DNA from: a virus
Direction: 5' to 3' (one strand)
IMG/VR virus record: IMGVR_UViG_3300012948_000002
Location: 1-47,488 of that record
Length of the DNA stretch: 47,488 nucleotides
Position numbers and translations under genes: made by a program. The notes beneath the pieces are model-generated. The model ran no database searches, was not told the DNA's origin, and worked only from the letters and a program-made list of their open reading frames with translations. Below are positions 23,502 through 30,508 of the stretch, in pieces (positions within the stretch are counted from its first letter, which is position 1; every line of letters begins with the position of its first letter).

Positions 23502-24005
23502 ATGCAAGACGTTGATCGTTTGTACCCACTCACAATACGACGCAACTACAAGCACCGAGCCCGCATCACCAAAGCCCTCCGCGAGCTAGGCGTCGTCGAG
23601 CATCTATTCCCCCTCGACTTCTTCCGCAGGCACTGGCGCGACCAACAGGCCTACATCGAGCAAATCCTCCACCTCAAGTTCTGTACACGCTGCAAGGTTC
23701 CCGTCACCTACCTAGATGGAGCGCTATGCACCCCATGTGCAGAATCCAACCGATCAAGCTGGCAAGCAACCCAAGCCATGCGTCAAAGGATAGCCGATCG
23801 CTCCCTAGCTGACGAGCCCGTCATCGCAGAAGATATAATGGATCACTTCCGAGAGCGCAACGCAGACGCCAAAATCGTGCGCATGATGCGTGATTACGAG
23901 ATAAACGAGGAAGACGCACGCTCTATCCTCGCGGAGCACCACAGCGCCAAAGAGAGCAAAACTACGGTCAATGACATACTCGCCAAAGCTCGGAAGCCCA
24001 CTTGA
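23502..24005 (+). CDS. First rightward gene, zinc-ribbon protein
   Basis: 167 aa with AGGAG 8 nt upstream. It carries CTRCKVP...CTPC. Confidence 0.65.
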   Translation: MQDVDRLYPLTIRRNYKHRARITKALRELGVVEHLFPLDFFRRHWRDQQAYIEQILHLKFCTRCKVPVTYLDGALCTPCAESNRSSWQATQAMRQRIADRSLADEPVIAEDIMDHFRERNADAKIVRMMRDYEINEEDARSILAEHHSAKESKTTVNDILAKARKPT

Positions 24006-24016
24006 GCTTGCCCCTC

Positions 24017-24054
24017 GCTACGCGCTTCAATCCGCTGAAGGCCGCAGACGGCCT
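24017..24054 (+). terminator. Hairpin pair after the first early gene (family member D plus GGCCG-caga-CGGCC)
   Basis: gctacgcGCTTCAatccgcTGAAGg is followed by ggccgcagacggcc. The left arm GCTACGCGCTTCA matches the 27931 element 12/13. There is no U-tract. Confidence 0.45.
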
Positions 24055-24134
24055 CCCACTCTACACAGCAAGACGCACAGCAAGAGCCAAGGCTCTCTAC
24101 CAGAATCTATTTGATCGGGCAAAGCAAAAAGAGC

Positions 24135-24163
24135 TTGACATAGCTTTTCCCGTATGCTAAGCT
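24135..24163 (+). promoter_or_regulatory. Sigma70-type promoter candidate TTGACA-17-TAAGCT
   Basis: TTGACA at 24135-24140, a 17-nt spacer, then TAAGCT at 24158-24163. It lies about 85 nt upstream of ATG 24248. Confidence 0.5.
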
Positions 24164-24247
24164 CCTCGGATGGTCCCCCAACCGATCGCCCCATCCCGGC
24201 GGCAATCCCCAGCCGGCGCCTCTGCGCCGCAACAAAGGAGTCAAGAT

Positions 24248-24442
24248 ATGCCCCAGCCCAAAGGCACCAAGTTCGAGGTCAGGGAGACGGCCATCTGCAA
24301 CGCCAACCTAACCGGCCAATTCCAGGTCATCTTCCGCTGCTGGGATGGCCAGTGGTCCACAGCCTCTCTCGACTGGTACCACGCCCACAAGCAGATCTAC
24401 TCCATGTACGACGCCCAGACCATCCACCCTCTCTGGAGCTAA
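24248..24442 (+). CDS. Hypothetical early protein (64 aa)
   Basis: The start was refined to ATG 24248, with AAGGAG 7 nt upstream. The protein starts MPQPKGTKFEVRETAICNANLTGQFQVIFRCWDGQW... Confidence 0.55.
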   Translation: MPQPKGTKFEVRETAICNANLTGQFQVIFRCWDGQWSTASLDWYHAHKQIYSMYDAQTIHPLWS

Positions 24443-24445
24443 CCG

Positions 24446-24835
24446 ATGGCACGCCTGATCTTCAACAACGAGCCCAAAAAGCTCCCACCCGTCAGAACGG
24501 GTCTCGAGTATCGCGTGGACGCTCGCACGCGGCGCGAGCCCAAGCGCGTCTGGCCCCAGACGCCCACCTTCAAGCAGTGGAACGCCGGGCGTGAAGACAC
24601 GCCCGCCCATCGCGAGGGCTTCAAAGCCTGGAAGCGCGAGAATCTCTCCCAAGAGCAGCAGGACGAATTCTACAAGCTCGTCGATCGCTGTCACCGCTTG
24701 CTTCGCAAGCGAGCTGAGCTAGACCGCGAGTACGGCGAGGCTCTCCGCGCCCTCAAAGATTTCGGCACCGTTCCCCCCGGGTTCGAGGCCGACATCAGCG
24801 AGAAAGTCCGCACCGCACTCAGACATACCAAATAA
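24446..24835 (+). CDS. Early protein with MARLIFN N-terminus
   Basis: 129 aa. It starts 3 nt after the previous stop. Confidence 0.6.
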   Translation: MARLIFNNEPKKLPPVRTGLEYRVDARTRREPKRVWPQTPTFKQWNAGREDTPAHREGFKAWKRENLSQEQQDEFYKLVDRCHRLLRKRAELDREYGEALRALKDFGTVPPGFEADISEKVRTALRHTK

Positions 24836-24850
24836 GGAGCTCGCTCCACA

Positions 24851-25051
24851 ATGGCACGCCTGATCCGCAACACGCCCGGGGCCACACAGCCCCAAGCTGA
24901 ACTCACACCGGACCAACAGGCCGCAATCGCACCGCTCTACGAGGCCTACCAGCGCGCACTCACCACGCTGCAGACAGCGCAGGCAGCCTATTTCGAAGCC
25001 TACGGTGCATACGCCGTCGCCCTTCGACGCGCCCACGGAGAAATCCCATGA
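24851..25051 (+). CDS. Early protein with MARLIRN N-terminus
   Basis: 66 aa, Ala/Gln-rich and helical. The first 15 nt are identical to the 24446 gene. Confidence 0.5.
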   Translation: MARLIRNTPGATQPQAELTPDQQAAIAPLYEAYQRALTTLQTAQAAYFEAYGAYAVALRRAHGEIP

Positions 25052-25116
25052 TCTTCAGTGACGCCTTTTGGTACTTCATCATATTCATCCTGTGGATCGC
25101 CTTCCTTGTAAGCTGA
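25048..25116 (+). CDS. Hydrophobic 22-aa micro-ORF (MIFSDAFWYFIIFILWIAFLVS)
   Basis: ATGA-coupled to the upstream gene. It would form a single TM-length peptide. It is very short, so support is weak. Confidence 0.25.
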   Translation: MIFSDAFWYFIIFILWIAFLVS

Positions 25117-25121
25117 CCCCA

Positions 25122-25298
25122 ATGTACACCCAACCATCTCAACCATACGGCCTCTTGATCCGCGTGGATCCCGAGGTCAGGGCCGCGATCGAGGCCCTCC
25201 GTCAACCCGGCGAGTCGATCAGGTGCGTCTTGCGCCGAATCTTCGGCCTACCGCCCCACTCGCCCACAGCCAGGCGCACGGCGCCTATAAAGGAGTAG
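25122..25298 (+). CDS. Ribbon-helix-helix (CopG/Arc-like) DNA-binding protein
   Basis: The start was refined to ATG 25122. MYTQPSQPYGLLIRVDPEVRAAIEALRQPGESIRCVLRRIFGL fits a strand-helix-helix pattern. Confidence 0.5.
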   Translation: MYTQPSQPYGLLIRVDPEVRAAIEALRQPGESIRCVLRRIFGLPPHSPTARRTAPIKE

Positions 25299-25302
25299 CA
25301 CA

Positions 25303-25704
25303 ATGACCGCAAACGAGAAGACGATCGCCAGACTCACCAAGGCCCTGCCCTATCTCAAGAAGATCCCCACGGGCACCTACTTCTCCTTCCAGTGGGATGG
25401 CGGCCTCAACATCGAGGCCGACACCCTCGAGAAAGTCAGGGAGATCCGCTCCTGCTTCCGCGGCATCATCTGGAAGAAGGAGTTCATGGAGTGGTCCAGC
25501 CGCTGGACCTACACGGCCACCACCCGCACCGGCGTCACGATCCGCATCACCGGCTGCAAGGAGGCGCCCGCAGCCTGCAAGATGGTCGAGGAGACCGTGA
25601 TGGAGGAGCGCGAGGTTCCCACCGGCTACACCAAGAAGATGGTCGAGGTCAAGCGGTTCCGCGCCATCTGCCCCGACTCCGAGAAGGTTCAGATCTCCAA
25701 GTAA
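25303..25704 (+). CDS. Hypothetical protein
   Basis: 133 aa with AAGGAG upstream. Confidence 0.6.
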   Translation: MTANEKTIARLTKALPYLKKIPTGTYFSFQWDGGLNIEADTLEKVREIRSCFRGIIWKKEFMEWSSRWTYTATTRTGVTIRITGCKEAPAACKMVEETVMEEREVPTGYTKKMVEVKRFRAICPDSEKVQISK

Positions 25705-25736
25705 AGGGATTGAGCCCCTCGCGGAAGGAGAACCAA

Positions 25737-25985
25737 ATGCCCAACGGAATCACCAGGGCCAAACAAGGCGTAGTCAAATGCTGGATGGGCAGCCCACCCA
25801 AGCACTGTGACATCTGCGCAGGTGAAATCACAAGCTCCTTCGTTGATGGAGCCACAAACCTCGGGCCATGGGGCATCATGTGCCTCCCCTGCCACCGCCG
25901 AGCAGGTCGCGGTCTCGGCACCGGACGTGGCCAGCAGTACAACTACGATTCGCAAACGAATCGCTGGGTCAAAGTCAACGGCTAG
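25737..25985 (+). CDS. Zinc-ribbon protein (82 aa)
   Basis: The start was refined to ATG 25737, with GGAAGGAG upstream. It carries HCDICAG...CLPCH. Confidence 0.6.
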   Translation: MPNGITRAKQGVVKCWMGSPPKHCDICAGEITSSFVDGATNLGPWGIMCLPCHRRAGRGLGTGRGQQYNYDSQTNRWVKVNG

Positions 25986-25997
25986 ACCGTAGCCCAC

Positions 25998-26060
25998 GAG
26001 CCCACTCGTGCGATGAGTGGGCTCTGGGGTGCAATCTTGCACCCGGGTCGGCAGACCGAC
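25998..26060 (+). terminator. Three tandem hairpins in a 98-nt intergenic gap
   Basis: gagcccactc-N7-gagtgggctc is a 10-bp stem, gggtgca-atct-tgcaccc is 7 bp, and gtcgg-caga-ccgac is 5 bp. There is no U-tract. Confidence 0.5.
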
Positions 26061-26083
26061 TTGCACTCAAAAGGAGTAGACCG

Positions 26084-26344
26084 ATGGTTGTGAACGTAGC
26101 AAAGCTGAAAGAGGCGGGAATCACCGTGCGGGCCTTCAAGCTCGACGACCTCAAATTCGAGCTGCCCCAAGGCTTCAAGCTCGAGATCTTCTTCGAGCAA
26201 GGCAAATTCCCACAGGAACTCCACGATGCCATCCGCGCCTTAATGCCAGGCCTTCGCATCGAGGCTGACATCGTCGCGGAGGGCACCTTCCGCAAGATCC
26301 ACGATCTCCTGATCGTGCAGGCTTGCCAGGAAACAGGCGAGTGA
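26084..26344 (+). CDS. Hypothetical protein (86 aa)
   Basis: ATG 26084 with AAAGGAG 7 nt upstream. The protein starts MVVNVAKLKEAGITVRAFKLDDLKFEL... Confidence 0.6.
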   Translation: MVVNVAKLKEAGITVRAFKLDDLKFELPQGFKLEIFFEQGKFPQELHDAIRALMPGLRIEADIVAEGTFRKIHDLLIVQACQETGE

Positions 26345-26577
26345 ACCCAAATCTTCGCAACCACAAGCTCGCCATCCTGACGGGTGGCACCGCCACAGTC
26401 CACGAAGCCATCCGCAACGGAGCGCGGATGCACATCACAGTCAACAAGGAGGGAATCGTCACGCACGCTTACTCGCCCGACAAGCCCTGCTTCCGCCCAA
26501 ACTTCACGGGTGAGTCCTGGGCCACAGTCAAGACGCAGCTCGAGAACCACGGCTTCTTTATCCATGGAGGCAACTAG
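26323..26577 (+). CDS. Hypothetical protein (start uncertain: TTG 26323 or GTG 26341)
   Basis: The frame is open with no ATG near the 5' end. GTG 26341 would overlap the upstream stop (GTGA). Confidence 0.45.
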   Translation: MPGNRRVNPNLRNHKLAILTGGTATVHEAIRNGARMHITVNKEGIVTHAYSPDKPCFRPNFTGESWATVKTQLENHGFFIHGGN

Positions 26578-26593
26578 CAGTTAACCCCCAACC

Positions 26594-26621
26594 GTGGGAG
26601 GGGCCTCAGCGCCCCTCCCAC
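26594..26621 (+). terminator. GC-rich hairpin (11-bp perfect stem, 6-nt loop)
   Basis: gtgggaggggc-ctcagc-gcccctcccac. It lies directly upstream of the RBS of the 26637 gene. There is no U-tract. Confidence 0.5.
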
Positions 26622-26636
26622 ACAGGAGGCCAAAAG

Positions 26637-26903
26637 ATGCAATACAAAGTCACATTGAGAGTAACAGCCGAGGTCCCTGCAACCTGCGAGATCTTCGTCG
26701 AGGCAGAGAACATCGACGCAGCCTGGCAGACCGCCCTCGAGTCCTACGAGGCCCAAGACGCGCAGGACCAACGCGACCTCAACGACTACCTCACCAAGGG
26801 CGCACCTTATCCTAGCAAGCGTCTCGTCAGCTGGGATGCCGAGCCCATCGAGGAGCACCTCGATCCTCGAGACATCGAGGTAGACGAGGTGAAAGAAGCA
26901 TGA
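26637..26903 (+). CDS. Hypothetical acidic protein
   Basis: 88 aa with AGGAGG upstream. Confidence 0.6.
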   Translation: MQYKVTLRVTAEVPATCEIFVEAENIDAAWQTALESYEAQDAQDQRDLNDYLTKGAPYPSKRLVSWDAEPIEEHLDPRDIEVDEVKEA

Positions 26904-27232
26904 GCCTCATCACGCACAACAACCAAGCCCCGCTCTTCTACATGTTCGACGATGACCATGACATGAACGTCGAGTTCGAGCTTGAACTCAGCGGGCATGA
27001 CGACTCCCCCTTCCTTGTCGAAGCCAGCTGGGTCTACTACTGCACGACCCCACCGGATGACGAAGGGATCCGCTATCCCAAAGCGGGCGAGGTCTTCGAG
27101 TTTCGCATCTACGCGTACAACGAGCTTGTCCAAAGCTACGAGATCGACGTCACGGACAAGCTCTCCGACGTGGAAAACCGCGTCGTAAACAAGGCGATCT
27201 ACAACGAGTGGCTCGCCAACATGGGAGAATAG
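26900..27232 (+). CDS. Hypothetical acidic protein
   Basis: 110 aa, ATGA-coupled. Confidence 0.6.
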   Translation: MSLITHNNQAPLFYMFDDDHDMNVEFELELSGHDDSPFLVEASWVYYCTTPPDDEGIRYPKAGEVFEFRIYAYNELVQSYEIDVTDKLSDVENRVVNKAIYNEWLANMGE

Positions 27233-27234
27233 AG

Positions 27235-27474
27235 ATGAGTGACGACATGAACGAGAAGATCAGGGATCTCCTGCGGGCCTCCCTCGAGCGTCAGCTAGAC
27301 GACCTCGAGAAGAAGCCCATCAAGGTGCCCCTAACTGTCGGAGGGGCCATCGCCCTCAAGATCCTCGCTGACGAATACCTCGAAGCCCACAAGGACCCCA
27401 ACGACAAGTTCACGAAGCACGTTGCGATGGCGTCCGTCCACCTCAACACAGCCATAACAGCAGACGCGAAGTAA
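27235..27474 (+). CDS. Hypothetical helical protein (79 aa)
   Basis: The start was refined to ATG 27235 (MSDDMNEKIRDLL...). Confidence 0.55.
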   Translation: MSDDMNEKIRDLLRASLERQLDDLEKKPIKVPLTVGGAIALKILADEYLEAHKDPNDKFTKHVAMASVHLNTAITADAK

Positions 27475-27492
27475 GCGCAGAAGGGAGACCAA

Positions 27493-27714
27493 ATGAGCGA
27501 TCTTTGGAAACGGTGGCAAGACGCAGCCGCGGCCGCGGAGGCCGCCGTCGCGGCCCTCAAAGACGTACAGACGGAGTTCCAGGAGAAGTACGACCAGATG
27601 AGCGAGAAGCAACAGGAGTCTGAGAAGGGCGAGCGTCTCAACATGATCGTTGAGGTCGATCTCGACGGTGCCCAAGACATCATCAACGAGGCCCTGGGAG
27701 TCGAGAAGCCCTGA
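27493..27714 (+). CDS. Hypothetical coiled-coil protein
   Basis: 73 aa with GGGAG upstream. Confidence 0.55.
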   Translation: MSDLWKRWQDAAAAAEAAVAALKDVQTEFQEKYDQMSEKQQESEKGERLNMIVEVDLDGAQDIINEALGVEKP

Positions 27715-27920
27715 TGGACAAACTCAAGACGGCCATCTTCATAATGGCAACCAAAGCATTCCGGAACGGTGAGACCATCCCCCTCGAGATTCCCCTCGAG
27801 CGGGGCTCGCTCTCATACGAACTCCATCCTATCTCCAAATACAGCAGCATGGTTCGTGTCCGAGCCTCTAGCGGAGGCGCACCACGCTACTTCGAGGTGA
27901 AAATCACGGAAAAGCTCTAG
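27714..27920 (+). CDS. Hypothetical protein
   Basis: 68 aa, TGATG-coupled. Confidence 0.55.
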   Translation: MDKLKTAIFIMATKAFRNGETIPLEIPLERGSLSYELHPISKYSSMVRVRASSGGAPRYFEVKITEKL

Positions 27921-27930
27921 ATAACCACTT

Positions 27931-27962
27931 GCTACGGGCTTCAAGCCTCTGAAGCCCGTAGC
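27931..27962. repeat. Perfect 13-bp-arm palindrome GCTACGGGCTTCA-agcctc-TGAAGCCCGTAGC (family member E)
   Basis: It starts 11 nt after the stop of the 27714..27920 gene. It is the complete version of the element family. Confidence 0.85.
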
Positions 27963-27994
27963 GGGAGCTTATCTTAGCTCAGAAAGGAGTCCAG

Positions 27995-28225
27995 ATGGCG
28001 GAAAGAAGGATGGGAATCAAGAAGATGCAGCAACTCTGTGGCACAGATGAGATCACAGAGTTCAATACGCCCGCAGGCGGCAAGCTGGTCTACGGCTCGT
28101 GCAAGAAGCATGACTTCTTCATAGCCATGATCCATTGCCCCACGACCGATGTCCGGGCGTTCGCGGAGTCGCTCCTCGAGGCAGTCTCGAACATGGAATC
28201 GAAGCAGCGCTCCAAGCACCACTGA
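27995..28225 (+). CDS. Hypothetical protein
   Basis: 76 aa with AAAGGAG upstream. Confidence 0.6.
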   Translation: MAERRMGIKKMQQLCGTDEITEFNTPAGGKLVYGSCKKHDFFIAMIHCPTTDVRAFAESLLEAVSNMESKQRSKHH

Positions 28226-28237
28226 GGGGTGGCCTAC

Positions 28238-28564
28238 ATGGGAGATTGGCGCGCGCATAGCGCCTCACAGATCAAAATGAAGGACGAACCCACAACCACA
28301 GAGGAGAAGCAGAAGGCGGCCCTAGGCCAAGAAGATTTCTACAAGGCCAGGCTGATCTTCAATGTGAAGCTCGAGCCAGAGGTCACGATCTCCGTTCGCG
28401 TTGCCGAGTCCCTGCGAGACGAGATGCGTGAGTTCTGCAAACAGCAGGGCATCCAACAGACCTACTTTATCAGCGAGGCCATCAAGGAAGTCCTCTTTCG
28501 TGTCAAAAAGGAGCTAGCGGATGCACAAGGGCAGGAAGCAGGAACGCCAACAGCAGGCAGCTGA
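28238..28564 (+). CDS. RHH-like protein containing an internal ARLIFN motif
   Basis: ATG 28238 has GAGGGG 8 nt upstream; the track start at 28229 is a GTG. VTISVRVAESLRDEMREFCKQQGIQQTYFISEAIKEVL fits an RHH pattern. Confidence 0.5.
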   Translation: MGDWRAHSASQIKMKDEPTTTEEKQKAALGQEDFYKARLIFNVKLEPEVTISVRVAESLRDEMREFCKQQGIQQTYFISEAIKEVLFRVKKELADAQGQEAGTPTAGS

Positions 28565-28688
28565 GCGCAAGACCGCCGCTCTCAAGCGCACCGTAGACCA
28601 AGCGCTGGCACGCCTCAACATGGGCCAATACGCCGCCATCTCCGAGCGCGAACGCCTGGCCCAACGCAAGGGAAAGGGCAAGTCATGA
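28521..28688 (+). CDS. Basic 55-aa protein
   Basis: Manual translation gives MHKGRKQERQQQAAERKTAALKRTVDQALARLNMGQYAAISERERLAQRKGKGKS. AAAGGAG lies upstream. It overlaps the previous gene's tail by 44 nt. Confidence 0.4.
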   Translation: MHKGRKQERQQQAAERKTAALKRTVDQALARLNMGQYAAISERERLAQRKGKGKS

Positions 28689-28816
28689 AGCTAATCACAG
28701 TGAAGCTCCCTCTCCGCGACTGGCAACGGATCCTCGAGTGGATCGGCAACCAGATTGTCTGCGAGGGTCCCGACGCAGATCTCTACGACAATATAGCGAG
28801 ACAGGTGAAGAAATGA
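28685..28816 (+). CDS. 43-aa protein
   Basis: Manual translation gives MKLITVKLPLRDWQRILEWIGNQIVCEGPDADLYDNIARQVKK. It is ATGA-coupled at both ends. Confidence 0.4.
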   Translation: MKLITVKLPLRDWQRILEWIGNQIVCEGPDADLYDNIARQVKK

Positions 28817-28977
28817 CCTGTGACATCTGCGACGAGAACGAGGCGACCATGAAGATCAGCTCCGTAAAGCTTGACGGTGAGGTTTGGGACACCACACACG
28901 CCTGCTACCCCTGCGCCCGCGAGCCCGCCTCGGAGCTATGCCTCATCCTTCCCCCAAGGAATCCCGATGCTGTATGA
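28813..28977 (+). CDS. Zinc-ribbon protein (54 aa)
   Basis: MTCDICDENEATMKISSVKLDGEVWDTTHACYPCAREP... It is ATGA-coupled. Confidence 0.45.
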   Translation: MTCDICDENEATMKISSVKLDGEVWDTTHACYPCAREPASELCLILPPRNPDAV

Positions 28978-29203
28978 CGAACACTACGAGCTAGGCAAAC
29001 TCCACGGAGAGCGCGGCACGCCTCGCCACATCTGGGGCGACCCCCATCTCCAAGAGGCCTACGACCGCGGCTATGCCCTCTCGAGGCCCAACCTTGCGGC
29101 CTATCTCAAGGAACAGCAGATGCGCGCAGCGGGCATCACGCGCTGTCCCTTCTGCGGCGGCCCACCCGATCTCCACGTGTGCCCAGGAAGGAGGCACCAG
29201 TGA
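28967..29203 (+). CDS. Hypothetical protein with C-terminal CPFCGG...HVCPG
   Basis: The start was refined to ATG 28967 (MLYDEHYELGKLHGERG...). 78 aa. Confidence 0.5.
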   Translation: MLYDEHYELGKLHGERGTPRHIWGDPHLQEAYDRGYALSRPNLAAYLKEQQMRAAGITRCPFCGGPPDLHVCPGRRHQ

Positions 29204-29204
29204 C

Positions 29205-29588
29205 ATGGCAAGGCTGATCTTCAACACACACCAACGCGATCCCAAAGAATTCGTGCCCCACGCCACCAAGGATGAGTTGATCGAAAGGGCTCACGAAGTT
29301 CTCGCCCGCCGCCCCAACACACCCGGCATCAACCAGGCCAGTTTTCACATCCAAGCGGCGCTGGGCGCAATCCGGGACGATCCCGTCCAGGATATCAAGC
29401 TCGAGAAGTGGAAGACCGACATCTATCATCACCTCAGCGAGGCAATGAACGTCCTAGTAACCGGGCCCCCAAAGGAGCCCGCCGCACTCCAAGGCGACTT
29501 GGACAGCATCATGGGGATGGGAGGAGAGGCAGATGGAACTACCGACGTGTCCGAAGTGCACCAAGTACAGTCTACTACCACTGAGTGA
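29205..29588 (+). CDS. Early protein with MARLIFN N-terminus
   Basis: The start was refined to ATG 29205, with GGAAGGAGG upstream. 127 aa. Confidence 0.55.
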   Translation: MARLIFNTHQRDPKEFVPHATKDELIERAHEVLARRPNTPGINQASFHIQAALGAIRDDPVQDIKLEKWKTDIYHHLSEAMNVLVTGPPKEPAALQGDLDSIMGMGGEADGTTDVSEVHQVQSTTTE

Positions 29589-29781
29589 TTTCGCAGCCGA
29601 GGGCTCATCCGTCATCTTCAAGGCTTGGGCTTGCCCAAACGAAAAATGTGCATTCGTCCTGCGCATAGACAAGGGTAACTGCTCCTATGATCGAGTCGCC
29701 CAAGCCGTATCAGATCAACACCACTCTGGACGGTCACCCAGTAATTATTCAGGTCCGGGACCACTACATCCTCGCAAGTGA
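29533..29781 (+). CDS. Zinc-ribbon protein (CPKC...CPNEKC)
   Basis: 82-aa ORF. The last ~30 codons overlap the next gene out of frame. Confidence 0.45.
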   Translation: MELPTCPKCTKYSLLPLSDFAAEGSSVIFKAWACPNEKCAFVLRIDKGNCSYDRVAQAVSDQHHSGRSPSNYSGPGPLHPRK

Positions 29782-29953
29782 TGAGATCGTCTTTGAATAC
29801 GAAGTCCTAGACGTCGACGAGGATTGCTACATGACCCTAACGCCCGAGCAGACTCGGGCCATCTGGAACGTCATGATGACGGACCTGGAGACCATTTGCC
29901 ATGGAGAGGCACATCTATTATGGTCGCAAAGGCGAGCCCCTCGACATGTTTGA
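29687..29953 (+). CDS. Hypothetical protein
   Basis: 88-aa ORF (MIESPKPYQINTTLDGHPVIIQVRDHY...). Its 3' end overlaps the next gene by 53 nt. Confidence 0.5.
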   Translation: MIESPKPYQINTTLDGHPVIIQVRDHYILASDEIVFEYEVLDVDEDCYMTLTPEQTRAIWNVMMTDLETICHGEAHLLWSQRRAPRHV

Positions 29954-30263
29954 GTGGGCTCGCCTCTTCGAGGACCGGGACTACGCCGTCATAGCCCACG
30001 ACGAGCTTCCGCCTACGACCAAGTGCATCGCCAGTCGCCTATCTACCGTGTGGCTCGGCATAGACCACAACTGGCTCATGCACGGCCCACCCATCATCTT
30101 CGAGACCATGCGATTCGGTCTCCACCAAAAGGCCGTGCTTGACTTCCCCGATCCCGAGGATCCCAACGAACGCACAGAGAGCTGGCGATACTCCACCGAG
30201 GAGCAAGCCTCACTTGGTCACAAGCTCATCCTCCGCTTAATACAAGAGAAGGAGATGCAATAG
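29901..30263 (+). CDS. Hypothetical protein (STVWLGIDHNW...PIIFETMRF motif)
   Basis: 120-aa ORF with good coding character. Confidence 0.6.
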   Translation: MERHIYYGRKGEPLDMFEWARLFEDRDYAVIAHDELPPTTKCIASRLSTVWLGIDHNWLMHGPPIIFETMRFGLHQKAVLDFPDPEDPNERTESWRYSTEEQASLGHKLILRLIQEKEMQ

Positions 30264-30467
30264 ATGCCAAAAGACGACCCCACGCTGCGCTTCAACATCA
30301 TCGTCAAGCAGGGAGCGAAGACGCTCCACTACATTCAGGGCGTCAAGGAACTCCCACCCATGCAAATCTCAATGAAGGACGTGTCCGACATCCAGGTCCT
30401 CGAGCAAATGCTCGAGCGACTCACCGGCCTTCGGTTCCACATTCAGAGCGAAACGAGGCTCGTCTGA
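30264..30467 (+). CDS. Hypothetical protein
   Basis: 67 aa. It starts directly after the previous stop. Confidence 0.55.
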   Translation: MPKDDPTLRFNIIVKQGAKTLHYIQGVKELPPMQISMKDVSDIQVLEQMLERLTGLRFHIQSETRLV

Positions 30468-30508
30468 CGAGCCCCAACCGGCGCACAGCGCCGTACAAAA
30501 GGAGCAAG

